This document shows, piece by piece, positions 23,901 to 37,031 of a DNA stretch of 64,000 nucleotides. The DNA is from Leucoraja ocellata. Its lineage: Eukaryota. Under the pieces are notes generated by a model. The model was not told where the DNA came from, ran no database searches, and was given only the letters and a program-made list of their open reading frames with translations. Position 1 is the stretch's first letter. Every line of letters begins with the position of its first letter. Where the stretch lies: NCBI GenBank assembly GCA_036785375.1, contig JAWMAR010000085.1:7688001-7752000 (forward strand), given 5' to 3'. The translations under genes were made by a program, and so were the position numbers.

Positions 23901-26900
23901 TAACTCAGCGGGTCAGGCAGCATCACTGGAATACATAGATAGGTAATGTTTCAGGTTGGCAGAAGGGTCTCAACCTGAAATATCGCCTATCTATGTTCTC
24001 CAGAGACGCTGCCGGATTCATGGAGTACTCCAGCACTTCGTGACCTGGTGGGGAAAGCAGCATCTGCAGTTCTTTGTTTTTACTGCTGATTCTTTGAGCT
24101 TTATTGAACCTAAACGATTTGAATTGTTAGCTTGGGTCTAATTTGGGTATTATGTGAACAGCTGGAATTAATCCCCTGCTTTCTGTGACACAATGGACTG
24201 TATCCATTTCCAGCAAAGTTTGATGTCTTGCAATCACATCAGCTTTACAAACTGGGATCCTGTCAACTATCAAACAATTCAACCAGTAAACAAATGTCTC
24301 CCTTGAAGGCTGTGTGTGTTTATTCAGTGAGTAGCTATCTGTACCGCACATGCCAGCCAGCCTTGTGTTCCGAGCTAACAACACCATGCTGGAGTAACTC
24401 AGCCGATCAGGCGGCATCTCTGGAGAACATGGACAGGTGATGTTTCAGGTCGGGATCTGTCTTCAAGCCAAGCTTGTGTTTTTGTGTTGTCCTTTGAGGC
24501 AGGAGTAAGGGTCAAGAGACAAGAGCGTGTACTTGTCATGTACCAACAATGATACAATGGCATTTGTACTTGCAGCAGCTTAACAGGCCTGTACACACAA
24601 TGCACATAGATAAGTTAGTTCAGTGTAGAGATACGGCAGGAAAACAGGCCCTTCGGCCCATCGAGTCCATGCCGACCGTCGATCACCTGTTCACACTAGT
24701 TCTATGTTATTCTACTTTCTCATCCTCTACACAGTAGGGACAATTTAAAGAGGCCAATTCACCTATAAACCCTCACATCTTATGGGTTGGGAGAAAACCG
24801 GAGTACCCAGAGGAAACCCATGTGGTTACAGGAAAATGTGCAAACTCCACATAGACAGCACCCAAGGTCAGTATCGAACCTGGGTGGCTGGCACTGTGAG
24901 GCAGCAACTCTACCGGCTGTGCCATCGAGTCGCCATGTTTTTCTACATTTGGCCCATGCCCCTTTAAATCTCCCCTATCCATGTATCTGTTCAGCGTCTT
25001 TTAATTATAGTAGCTGCCTCAACTACCTCCTCTACCCGCCACTCTCTCAGCGGAAAAAGTTGTCCCTCAGGTTCCTATTAAATATTTCCCCTCTCTCACC
25101 TCTGGTACTTGAGCTTTCTTTCCTTTGTGATTCTGAAGAAACTAATGAAAACTTTGCTTTACCAGATTGTTGCTATCATTTACTGATACCTTTATCACAT
25201 TATTGTCACAGGTTTTCCAGAGTTAGCATCTCCAATATAATACCCATCATCCAAAACGTAGTTTCTAGTTGCTGAGTTACTCCAGCAATCTGTGTCTTTT
25301 TTTTTGTAAATTGTTCCTTGTTTCTACATTTTACTCCCAGTGGGTGGCACATGGCGCAGTGGTAGAATCGCTGCCTCACAGCACCAGACCCAGGTGTGTA
25401 CGTTCTCCCTGTGACCGTGTGGGTTTTCTCCGAGTGGTTTCTTCCCACATCCCAGACGCGTGCAGGTTTTTGTAGGTTAATTTGCAGGTTAATTGTCTTC
25501 TGTAAATTGTCCCTAGTGTGTAGGATAGAACTAATGTATGGGGCGATCGCTAGTTGGTGCAGACTCAGTGGGCTGAAGGGCCTGTTTCCGCGCTGTATCT
25601 CTAAACTAACAAAAATGAATATGTGAGGTTTCTTTGCATAACTGGGTCAAAGGTTGTCTACGACAAGCTCACCTTCGACATGTTGATTTCTTGACACATG
25701 CGAACAATTTCATCTGCAAGAATAATTCATAAGCCTGAAATAGCAGCAGCGATCTTTGATGTTCAATCTAATTTGACTATCGGTAGACAATGAAATAAAG
25801 GGTGCAGTTAGCTATTTGGACATTCGAGATAAGCTTCAAAGTGCTGGTGTGCATCACCAGATGAGAGAGAATGTTAAATGTGGGATGTTGTGTCAGGAAT
25901 CGCTCCGTCTTTGGAGAAAAATATATCTTTTGATCCTTCAATGATGCCAAACCTCAACACAGCACAGTAGGTGATGAATTTTCCCTGAGGCTGACAGCAG
26001 AGGTGGTCTGCTGGCTCTGATTCATGTCCTCTCACTGCCCGGCTCAGTTTATTGGGCAATTGGATGCCCTGAATCACTTGCCCAGAGTAAGGGATTCGAG
26101 AACCAGAGGGCATAGGTTTAAGGTAAGGGAGGAAAGATTTTATCGGTATTTGAGGGGAAGTTTTTTCACATGAAAGGTGGTAGATGTATGGGACAAGCTG
26201 CGAGAGAAAGTAGTTGAGGCAGGGACTATAACAATGTTTAAGAAGCAATTAGACAGATACATGGATAGAACAGGTTTACAGGGATATGGGTACAACGCAG
26301 GCAAGTGGGACTAGTGTAGATGGGTTGATCAGTGTGGGCAAGTTGGGCCGAAGGGCCTGTTTCCACACTGTATGACTCTACTATAATTGCATGACATAGG
26401 TTTTGGTTTATTATTGTCACGTGAACCAATGTTTTGTATGTTTCCAATCAGATCAGATAATACCATATGTAGATTTGGAACGGCGCAGTGGTAGAGTCGC
26501 TGCCTCACAGTGCAAGAGGCCCAGGTTCGATCCTGACCTTGGGTGCTGTCTGCACGTTCTCCCTGTGATCATGTGGGTTTTCTCTGGGTGCTCTGGTTCC
26601 CTCCCACACTCCAAAGAAGTGCAGATTTGTTGGTTAATTGGCTTCTGTAAATTGCCCCTAGTGTGTAGGATGTGCAACTGGGACAACATAGAACCAGTGT
26701 ACGGGTGATTGTTGGTCAGCACAGACAAGGTAGGCTGAAGCCCTGTTTACATGCTGTATCCCTAAACTAAACTAAAGATGCAATCAAGTCAAAATGTCGA
26801 CGAACCAGCCACACTTTGTCTTGTCTCTCCTTTCTCCCAGCTTTATTTCCTTCAACCCCCCCCCCCCCACACACCCTGTCATTCCTGCTACTCTTCTACT

Positions 26901-28976
26901 CTTTGACCGTGTTCATCTCCAGACTTTGTCCTCCCATTTGCCAATCAAACCCACACCCTCAGATGTATTCACTTATCACATGCCAGGCTTTGCCCTGTCC
27001 CTTCTCTCATCCAGCTTTCTCCCCTATCCCCACCACCACAATCAGCCTGAAGAAGGTTATCGATCCAAAATGTCCTAACCATATACTCCACAGTTTTATG
27101 TTTTGTTTATTGTCAGGTGCAGCGAAAAGCTTTTGTTGTTGCGTGCTATCCAATCAGCGGAAAGACTATATATGATTATAATCGAGCCTCCACAGCGTAC
27201 GGATACAGGATAAGGGGAATCGCGTTTCATGCAAGATAAAGTCCAGTAAAGTTTGATTAAAGATAGTCGGAGGGTCTCCATTGAGGTAGATGGGAGGTCA
27301 GGACCGCTCGCTAGTTGGTGAGAGGATGGTTCAATTGCCTGATCGCCGCCCCATTAGGTATGTGGATATATGAATGCTAAATATATTGATCTAAATTTCT
27401 TAATTTGAAAGGGAAGGTGTTGATATCTCTGCTAATAGATTTATGCATTAATGGATCGATGTTCATGCTGTGGTTTTTAAAGCTTTATAAAATGAAGAGT
27501 GCCAAGTGGTGTGCACAGAAACAGCTCTGTGAGCTGTTTCTCCTCGGGGTAATGCAAAATTCCATCTCATCTTTATTTTCCATATGTTTTTCTCGCTTGT
27601 TTTCCAAGCCTGCTGTGTAGATCTTTAATCCAAGAACATTGTGTTGAGCGGTCTCTATAATGAGGTTCAATATGTCTCAAACCCATCTCGCGGAATTAAA
27701 CATATTTACAAACACAGAACAGTTTTGGGTGGCACAGAGGTAGAGTTGCGATCCTGACTATGGGTGCTGTCTGTATGGAGTTTGCACGTTCTCCTTGTGA
27801 CTGCATGGGTTCTCTCCCGGAGATCCAGTTTCCTCCCACATTCCAAAATGAGCATTTTTTCAGGTGAATTTGCTGCTGTAAATTGTCCCTCGTGTTTAGG
27901 GTAGAACTAGTGTACAGGATAATTGTTGGTCGGCGTGACCTCAGTGGGCCAAAGGGCCTAGTTCCACACTGTATCTCTAAACTTGAGCAGCAGCGCTCTT
28001 CAGATACTCAAACAGGGGCATGTCATGTCAGCATAATTCAACATCTTGTGTAAAATCCGCATTGAAATATAGTTATTAAATAATCCGCTGCCAACCCCTC
28101 AGTGCCACACAGTATATGTCAGGAGGTCACAGAGAGGTTAAGATGGGCTAGTGTGTCGGATAGAACTAGTGTAAAGATGATTGCCGGTCGGCAGAGACAT
28201 GGCGGGCTGGAGGTCCTGTTTCTGCACGGTATCTAAACTCTAAAGTAAAAAGTGCAGCACAGAACAGGCCTTCAGCCCACAATGTCTGTGCCAAACATGA
28301 TGCCAAGATAAACTAATCAGCTTTATGATGGCAGCTCATTGAGTCTATAAAGACTGGCCATCTGCATCATCTACACATTTAAACCGTTTGGAACATAGAA
28401 CAGTACAGCACCAGAACGGGCCCTTCAGCCCACAATGTCTGCGCTGAGCATGATGTCAAGACCGTTACATATTTACCTGCATCAATCCATTCCCTGCAAG
28501 CCCAGGTGCCTATCCAAACGCCACTATCCCATGTGCCTCCACCACCACCCCTACCAATGCGTTCCAAGCACCCACCACCGTCTGCGTAAATAAAAACTTG
28601 CCCTCCTTTAAACTGTGCCCCTCACACCTTAAAACTCTTCCCCCTAGTATTTGAGTTAAACATCCTGGGAAAAATATTCAGTCTACCCTATCTATGCCTC
28701 TCGTCATTTTCTATTACTTTTTGAGTCACGGTGATAAAGAGATATAGGACGAAACAGGCCATTCGGCCCATCGAGTCCACACCCGGCCATTGACCACCCA
28801 GTTACACTAATTCTATATTAAACTCCTTGTTTTATTCTCCTCATATGTTCCTCAACTCCCCCCGAGATTTTATCACTCATCTACACACTCTCGGCATTTT
28901 ATTGTGGTCATTTAACCCATCAACTTGAATGTCTTTGAGACAATGGGAATATCGAGACAACCATTAGGTCACAGGG

Positions 28977-29249
28977 CAGCTGCCTGCCCCTTTTCCGGGG
29001 TTACGTCCGTGCCCGGGTGGGGTTAGGGTAGGGAATACGCCCTGTCTATGGGCACCCTGAGGGACCGCTGGGCTCCGCAGGGTGTTGAATGTATCTTCAA
29101 TAAGGATGGTAGCATAGTTGTATAGTAGTTTATTATGGATACATGTTTGTATTGTATTATGGTGGTGGGTTCTGGCTTGTTTTATTCTAGTGTAAATATT
29201 ATTTTTAATAATTGAATACATTTTTTGATTAAAAAAATAAATAAATAAA
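28977..29249 (+). mobile_element. 5'-truncated Tx1/L1-clade LINE 3' end
   Basis: CLPLFRGYVRARV...RDRWAPQGVECI C-terminus, A-rich (AAAT)n tail, TSD TAGGTCACAGGG (28965-76, 29250-61), inside a SINE. Confidence 0.75.
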
Positions 29250-29310
29250 TAGGTCACAGGGAGAACGTGCAAACGCCCACATAGGCAGCACCCAAGATCA
29301 GGATTGAGCG

Positions 29311-29707
29311 AGCCCGTCCATGTGGCTCAACCTCTCCGTCCCGGGCTCCCGGAGATTCTTCCAAACCGAGCAAGCCCCCGGAGCGTGGGATTGTATCTGC
29401 GCGTTCGGGCCGCCTCTTTCGGCATCCCGTCCGGTTCGGTCCCTCTGGTTCTGGTGGGGGGGGGGCAGGGTCATGTGGCAGCACCTGGTGGCAACCCAAG
29501 GGCACAACGAACCATCGGCTCTGGAGGGTGGTGTCTTGGTGTGGGAGGCGCTAGTCATTGGGTCGGTACCCGAGTTGGTATTTAAGGCCGGGCAACACCC
29601 GTGACATCGGGGGAGTAGGGAGCTGTATTGGAGAGAATAAACACACCTAGTGCACACAACTAGTGTCCGACTAGTTTTTGGCTGGACTCCTGCGAGTCCC
29701 CACTACA
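29311..29707 (+). mobile_element. Probable partial solo LTR
   Basis: CpG-rich, TATTTAA box (~29579), AATAAA (~29636), ends in ...CACTACA. The 5' TG end and TSD were not identified. Confidence 0.5.
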
Positions 29708-30175
29708 ATGCAAGTGAATGGTCTTTATTATATCTACAACATTGTGCCAAATATCTGAACATAATGTTATAAATGTTATCTTTTCTGAAATTGTCATATC
29801 TCTAAACTAAACCAAATCTCTATGCATTGGAAGGAACTGCTGGTGCTGATTTATACTGAAGATAGACACAAAGTGCTGGAGTTACCCAGCAGGTCAGGCA
29901 GCATCTTTGGGAAAAAAGAGCAGACTGAGTCTGAACTGAGTCAGACTTCAGTATGAAGAAGGTGTCCGATACAAAACATCACCTATTCTTTTTCTCCATG
30001 GATGCAGCCTGGCCCACTGAGTTACTCCAGCTCTGTGTGTCTAAACTAAATCTCTACTAGCTATGTCACTGTGCTGCCCAAAGTTTAGCTATCATTGAAT
30101 CTCGTACAGTCTCTGTTCATTCAATAATTGTTTATAATATGTTCTATTGACCATCCCCGTTCTGTTCCCTCCCAG

Positions 30176-30583
30176 TTATTCAAGATACTCTCCGTGCAAC
30201 ATCTGTAGCCCAGGAGCTGAATAAAGTGGAGGGAGATTCGCTGGAGCTGGTGTGCGAGGTCTCTGAGCAGACGCCGTACCACACGCACGTGGCCGTCACG
30301 TGGTATCTCCAGAAGGCAGATCAGAGTCTCAAGGTCATCTCACTGACCCGGGATTTCATCCTACGTTCCGGAGAGTCGTACAGGCAGAGGCAGACATCGG
30401 GCGATGTCCGACTGGACAAAACTGGGGCCACGTCCTACAGACTCACCATCTACAGACTTCAACCGTTTGACCAGGGGACCTTCTACTGTGAGGCCAGAGA
30501 GTGGATTCAAGACCCAGATAAATCCTGGTACACCATAGCCACCAAGCCCTCCGATAGGACCACTGTCAACGTAAAAGCCACCG
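30176..30583 (+). CDS. IGSF3: IGSF3 internal exon (V-type Ig domain 2, EWI motif)
   Basis: Pyrimidine tract plus CCCAG acceptor, G|GTAAG donor, 408 bp, phase 1-1. Encodes IQDTLRATSVAQELNKVEGDSLELVCEV...TWY...FYCEAREWIQDPDKSWY, which resembles vertebrate IGSF3 (YCEAAEWIQDPDGSWY, from recall). Confidence 0.93.
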
Positions 30584-31851
30584 GTAAGGCATTGTTTTAG
30601 AATGATTATTCCTCAAAAAGGTACATCAAAATCACTATTGCCAAAGTCTGAAAGGATAGGGTATAGAGAAGGGTCCCGACCTGAAATCAGATCTAAGAGG
30701 ATCAAAGAGTGTGGGTGTCAGAGGTTATGGGGAGGGCAGGAGAATGGGGTTGAGAGGGAAAGATAGATCAGCCGTGAATGAATGGCGGAATAGACTCGAT
30801 GGACCGAATGGCCCAATTCTGCTCCTATAACTTATGAACTTATGAAGAGTTGCTAATTATTAAGCTAGAAGAGGAAATGTAGGTGGAAGGGGAGAGAACG
30901 AGGTGTTGGGTCCAATCAATCATTTTGTCTCATACCTTCTGTATTTTTTATCTCTGGTCTTTATCTTACTGTCTGCCAATCACAAAATCCTCCTCACCTG
31001 TATCCACCTGTTACCTACCGGGCCTTGTCCTGCCCCTCCTGGTCATCTTTGGTCTGAATAAGGGTCCCGACCCAAAACATCACCTCCTTTTCTCCAGAGC
31101 CTAATCTGCTGAATTACTGCAACACTTTGTGTCCTTTTGTGCAAACCAGCATGTACAGTTCCTTGCTTGTGCATTTTGAATGTTCAAGTAAGTCTTGGCC
31201 AATCACAGGCTTCATTTTTAGAGTGTTACAGCATGGAAACGGGCCCTTCAGCCCATCTTGCCCGTGACAACCAAGATGCCTCCATTAGTGTAGGAAGGAA
31301 CTGCAACTGCCAGTTTATACTGAAGATAGACACAAAATGCTGGTCAGGCAACATCCCTGGAGAAAAGGAGCAGGTGATGTTTCGGGCCTGAACCTTTCTT
31401 CAGCATAAAAGTAGAGCAGGAGGAACTGGAGATAGGAAAAGGCAGGAACAAATCAAAGCTGGTAATAAGATGACCAAGGAAGGGTGGAGCCCATAATGGC
31501 CCATTTGTTGGCTGGGGAAGAGGTGATAACGTCTGCCTCCACCCGTCCCAGCTACCTGCATTTAGTCTGAATAGAAACATAGAAAATAGGTGCAGGAGGA
31601 GGCCGTTCGGCCCTTCGAGCCAGCGCCGCCATTCATTGTGATCATGGCTGATCGCCCCCAATCAGTAACCCGTGCCTGCTTTCTCCCCATATCCCTTGGT
31701 TCCACTAGCCCCTAGAGCTCCATCTAACTATCCTTCTAAACTCTATCCTCCTAAACTTTTCCTATTCATGTATCCTGCCTTTTAGTTGTAAATCCTGACC
31801 CTAGGATTCTCAAGGCGTCACCGTTAAATGTATGTCTGTGTTTTGTTACAG

Positions 31852-32241
31852 ATAAGAACTTCAGTGTTCATTTGGAGAATGAAAAGAAAGTCTTCACGGT
31901 GGGAGAGAGCTTGGAGTTGAGGTGTGTCCTTGTGGCTCAGAATATACAGGACCGATATTTCTCAGTGTTGTGGATTTATAACGGCACGCAAATCGTCAAT
32001 ATTGGCCGCAATGCCGTGCCAACGGTCCATGCTGACTACACAACCAGAGAGCGTTTGGGATATATAAGGTTTGCAAAAGAGACTGATACAACATATCTGC
32101 TGAAGATCTACCACCTTCAGGTGGGAGATAGTGGCAAGTATCACTGTCGGGCCACTGAGCATGAGAGGACGGTGACAGGAGATTTCATCGGCAGAGACAC
32201 GAACAAATCTACGAAACATTTAATAATTGTGCTGCCTGTCA
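31852..32241 (+). CDS. IGSF3: IGSF3 internal exon (Ig domain 3)
   Basis: TTACAG acceptor, A|GTAAGT donor, 390 bp, in frame with the previous exon. DKNFSVHLENEKKVFTVGESLELRC...DRYFSVLW...DSGKYHCRATEHERTVTGDFI...IIVLPV. Confidence 0.93.
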
Positions 32242-32305
32242 GTAAGTAACTGTTCAAAATTGTTAATCCACCCTTGCAGATTTTCTCCTGAAACCTGCCT
32301 CTATA

Positions 32306-33156
32306 ACTCCTTCCTCAACTCCATCCAGGGACTCCGACAGCCCTTTCAGATGAGGCAGGGGTTCACTTGCACCTCTTCCAACCTCACCTACTGTATTCGC
32401 TGTATCGGCGAGGCCAAGCACAGACTGGGCGATCGTTTCGCTTAACACTAACGCTCAGTCCGCCTTTACCTACGTGATCTCCCTTTTGCCAAACATTTTA
32501 ACTCCCCTTCCTGTTCCCATACTGACTTTTCTATCCTGGGCCTCATCCATAGTCAGAATGAGGCCACATGGAAATTGGAGGAACAGCACCTAATTTTTCG
32601 CTTTGGCAGCTTACACCACAGCGGTATGAAAATTGACTTCTCTAATTTGAAGTAACCCTTGCATTCCCTCTCTCCCCATCCCTCCCTATCCCTCCCTCAC
32701 CCTAGTCGAAGTGCTAGTTTTACTGTTCATATCCCTTCTGTAAATAGCCAAAGAATACAATCTGAAGTTCAAGATCATCTTTAATCAGTATTCATCTTAT
32801 AGCGGTACAGCAGGTTGTTAGTTGTTAGATCATCGTGACCGCTTCCAAGATTGACTAGTGTAGGAAGTGGGTGTTAGTATAAATTGTACAGTAGGGTGAG
32901 ATTAGTGATGCTATTCTACTATGATTGGTTCTCCTGCATAAACCAATCTACGCCTTCATTATCACCTCTTCCACAGCCAACAATGGACCATTGTGAGCTC
33001 CACTTTTCCTTGGTCATGGGTGCCGGCTCTGATTTCTTCTGAACCATTTCATACCTGTAGTTTACCTTTCCCCGAAGAAGGGTCTCGACCCAAATCATCA
33101 CTTATTTATTTTCTCCAAAGGTGCTGCCTGACCCGCTGAGTTATTCCAGCATTTTA
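32306..33156 (+). mobile_element. Penelope-like element remnant: GIY-YIG endonuclease C-terminus plus pseudo-LTR
   Basis: FTCTSSNLTYCIRC..IGEAKHRLGDRFA*H...AKHFNS...LEEQHLIFRFGSL..GMKIDFSNLK* (to 32655), followed by pLTR sequence ending in the degenerate hammerhead-like unit at 33071-33156. Confidence 0.82.
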
Positions 33157-34514
33157 TAGGAGAAGAATTAGGCCATTCGGCCCATCAAGTCTACTCCACA
33201 ATTAAATCAATCATGGGATCATCCTTCCCTCTCAACCCCATTCTCATGACTTCTCCCCATAACCCCTGACACTCTTACTAATCAAGAATCTGTCAATCTC
33301 CACCATTAAAACATCCATTGACCTGCCCTCCACAGCCTTCCGTGGCAATGAATTCCACAAGTTTAGAGGTACAGAGTGGAAACAGGCCCTGTGGCCCACC
33401 ATGCCCTCGCTGACCATCAATCACCCATTCACACTAGTCCTATGTTATCCCACTTTCTCATCCACTCCCCTCTACACACTGGGGGGGCAATTTTCAGAGG
33501 CCAATTCACTTACAAACCCGCACGTCTTTGGGATGCGGGAGGAAACCGGAGCACAAACAAACAATCCAGTACTTTCTTTCTTGTTTAAAGTGGGAATTGA
33601 TAGTGAAATGTCCCTGTGGGGAGATAAGCCCAAAGGAAAGTGTTCACCCATCCGCAACGACAATATATTCTTTCCAACTGTAATTATTCACGGTCAGTGC
33701 AAAAGTCAGTTTCTATAGGTAACTCTACGTTTGCGATGACCTGACACTTATTCTTAGAGAGGAACTAATTGGGGATGTGATCGCCACAGGGTCAAACTGG
33801 AATTCTCTAACGTTGGAAATCATGTGGGCTGACCCATCATATCAGGACTCCAGGCAGTACAAAGTGCACACATTGTAGCTGGAACGATGAAGCATTTTAT
33901 CTCCAGTAACATTCTGTTGTTTCACAAATCAGACAATTTTGAAAACAGAATTATCATCCTCAAAATGGTGTCTTTTCAATATATATGTGCAAAATGTGCA
34001 GATATTTAGACTAGTCCCGTTGTAGTTACCAAGGACTTAGAGAAATAGCATCATATTTGCCCCAGATTTTTGGCAGTTCTTGGTTTTATCTGACATCAGT
34101 TTTCTTTACCTGCTATTCTCCCATCGTCAAGACCCCCATTCCCTTTTATCCCTCCTCTTCCCGCAAATAGCGTCATAGAGCCATGCAGCGTGGAAACATG
34201 CCCAACTTGCCCATGCCGAGCAACATGTCCCATCTACACTGATCCCACCTGCCTGCATTTGGCCCATATCCCTCTGAACCTATCCTATCCATGTACCTGT
34301 CGAAATGTTTCTACAATGTTGTGATAGTACCTGCCTCGACTATTTCCTCTGGCAGCTCGTTCCATACAACCACCACCCTTTGTGTAAAATGTTCATTTAC
34401 ATTTGTCTGTCTCCCCCTTCCCCTTCCACCCATATCCCTGCCTCCAGCTTTACATTTCACTCTGCTTATCTGGCGCCCTTTTGTCTCCTTTAAACCTCCG
34501 GCCTTTGTCACTTA

Positions 34515-35149
34515 AGGGCCAGTCCCACTTGGGCGTCATTTACGCGGTATCATTTACGCGTCGTGACCAGTGCCGGATTTAGATGAAGAGAGGCCCTAAG
34601 CTGTTCCACTTGTGAGGGCCCCAACGACCGGACAGCCATGGCGGCCAAATCTCCCACAATTCAAAGCGAGGGAGAAAGTGCCCAGCGCCGACCAGTTGCC
34701 GTTGCAGTGCGCATGCGCAGGGCGGCCGATGATGCGCTGGCCGTGGTTGTGCGCATGTGCAAGGCGGCCTGCCGTGCCGGCGGATGAGGAGCGAGCGGAG
34801 CCCGGCGGGCGGAGATGGAGAGAGAGAGATAGAGAGGGGGGCCGCCCAGAGTTGAACGGTAGGTGTTCTGCCTTGGCCGGAGGCCCCCCTAGACCTCGAG
34901 GCCCATCACTTTTTTGGGGGGCCCCCTAGAAAGCGCGGGCCCTAAGCTATAGCTTGTTTAGCTTATACGTAAATCCGGCACTGGTCGTGACGTGCGCATG
35001 GCGTGCATGATGCGCGTTTGGCGCGTGGTGTGGCGTGGAGGCGTATGCAATGACGCACGGTAGCGCGCGGCGCCCCAGATTTTGGGATGCTCAAATCCTC
35101 GCACGCCACCCACGTGACGCGCAAATGACGCCCAAGTGGGACAGGCCCT
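34515..35149. mobile_element. PIF/Harbinger-type MITE
   Basis: 32-bp TIR AGGGCC.GTCCCACTTGGGCGTCATTT.CGCG (2 mismatches), TTA TSD (34512-14, 35150-52). Confidence 0.88.
34568..34983. mobile_element. hAT-type MITE nested in the Harbinger MITE
   Basis: 14-bp perfect TIR CAGTGCCGGATTTA, 8-bp TSD GTCGTGAC (34560-67, 34984-91). Confidence 0.9.
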
Positions 35150-36629
35150 TTATTCCACTCATCTGCCATTTAATGTCCCTCTCACCTGTATCCACCTGTC
35201 ACTTTCCTGGCTTTGTCCTGCCCCCACCTCTCTTTTCCCAGCTTTCTCCTCCTCCCCACTCTGAAGAAGGGTCCTGACCTGATATGTCATTCGTCCATTC
35301 CCTCCACAGATGCTGCCTGACCCTCTGAGTTCCTCTAGCACTTTGTGCTTTGCTCCAAAATAAAACAAGATGATATGTATTTTGTGTTCATTACCAATGG
35401 CAGAAAATTCAAACTGGACAGATTTTGAAAAAGAAAAACATTGTTTCAGACACTTCGGAAAAGTAATAGCATTTCTTCACAGAGTATTGGCACCTCGCCA
35501 ACTCCAATCATAGAAAAATTATTTTAGGAACAATAAGTAATTAAATCAATCATTCTGCTTTCAACAGACACAATTAAACAAATCTTTCAAGCAGTATTAG
35601 TAGTAAAATTAATTAATTACTATCAGATTTTAAAATGCGCTCACCAAAAATCTACGCCGTTGCTTATTTTGCAAAAATAGATACAGATCTCACCCAGAAA
35701 ACTCATTTTTAAGTAATTAGTGGATTTACTTGGCTACAATTCCCATAAAATCCAAAACATTGGTTTTTATGATGTGAAACAAGTGGCACCTTCCCCATCC
35801 CTGCTATTCCTTACATATCCATTTACCTATCTAAAAGCCTCTTAAATACCACAATCGTACTTGCCTCTGCCACCACGCTTGGCCGCACGTTCCAGGCATC
35901 CACCACTCTCTTTGTTTAAAAAAAAACTATCCCCTCATCTCAGAGACCCAGGTTCAATCTGTACAGTTTGTACGTTCTCTACGTCCGAGTGAGTTTTCTC
36001 CGGACGCTTCGGTTTCCTCCCAAATTCGTACAGGTTTGGAGGTTTATTGACTTTGGCAAAGATTATATATTTTTTGTAATATGCCACTGATATTGCTGCT
36101 GCACCCGCTGAGTTTCTCCAGCTTTTCTGTGTAACCTTATATATTTTTAATAGTCTGATGGTTGTTGGGAAGAAGCTATTATTGAACCTGGTGATCACGG
36201 TTTTCATGCTCCTGTACCTTCTTCCTGATGGTAGGATTGAAATGTGAACATGTCCAGGGTGGTGGGGGTCTCTGATGATGCTGGCTGCCTTTTTGAGCTA
36301 ACGACTCCAATAGATCCCTTCGATGGTGGGGTGGTCAGTACCCGCGATGGACAAGGCAGTGTCCATCTCCTTCAGCATTGAGCGTGGGAGGTAGACATTT
36401 TCAAACTTCTGTACATTTTGCCTGATGGGAGAGGGGAGAGGGGAGAGGAGGGAGTGACCGGGTGCGACTGGTGTTTGAATATGGCGGTGGCTTTGTCGAG
36501 GCAGCGTGGTGTAGATGGACTTGATCAAAGGGAGGATAATGGAAGGGAATTGGGGAGCAAGCTGGTGGGTCTTGAAGGCTTGTTTTGCCAATGCTACCAG
36601 TTGTACTAATGGTGTTCTGTATTCTCCAG

Positions 36630-37031
36630 AGAGTAGTTTGAACGTGACTGTCACCAGTAACACCACCAAAGTTTTGGAGGGCGGCATGCTTCAGTTTGTA
36701 TGCAATGTTAATTTGCCGATCGGCAACCACAATCGCCTCTCCATCACCTGGCAGATGATCAACAAGCGGGGTCAGGCCATTGACGTTATCAGCCGGGAAC
36801 AGGACGGGACCCAAGTCATTGACACATCGTACCACAAGCGGGGGGCCAGCGGAGACCTCAGGCTGGTCAAACAAGGGCCGGGCTCCTTTGTGTTGCAGCT
36901 CCACAATGCAGCGGTGTCGGATGACGGAGAGTATATCTGCACCATGGCCGAGTGGATCTCAAGCGCGGCCAGAGATTGGCAGCGGGTCGGGAAGCAATCG
37001 GCCCGCATCGGCGCAGTGGTTACTCCACTTG
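36630..37031 (+). CDS. IGSF3: IGSF3 internal exon (Ig domain 4)
   Basis: CTCCAG acceptor, G|GTAAGT donor, 402 bp. KSSLNVTVTSNTTKVLEGGMLQFVC...ITWQ...DDGEYICTMAEWI. Confidence 0.92.

Noticed and set aside
1-30175. Dozens of 60-160 aa ORFs in the ORF track
   Set aside because: They fall in SINE, CR1, Rex or Penelope remnants or are chance frames. None shows host-protein motifs with credible splice sites.
36515-36629. N-terminal extension of the ORF covering IGSF3 exon 36630-37031
   Set aside because: It lies upstream of the splice acceptor and partly in Rex-like repeat sequence, so it is intronic read-through of the frame.
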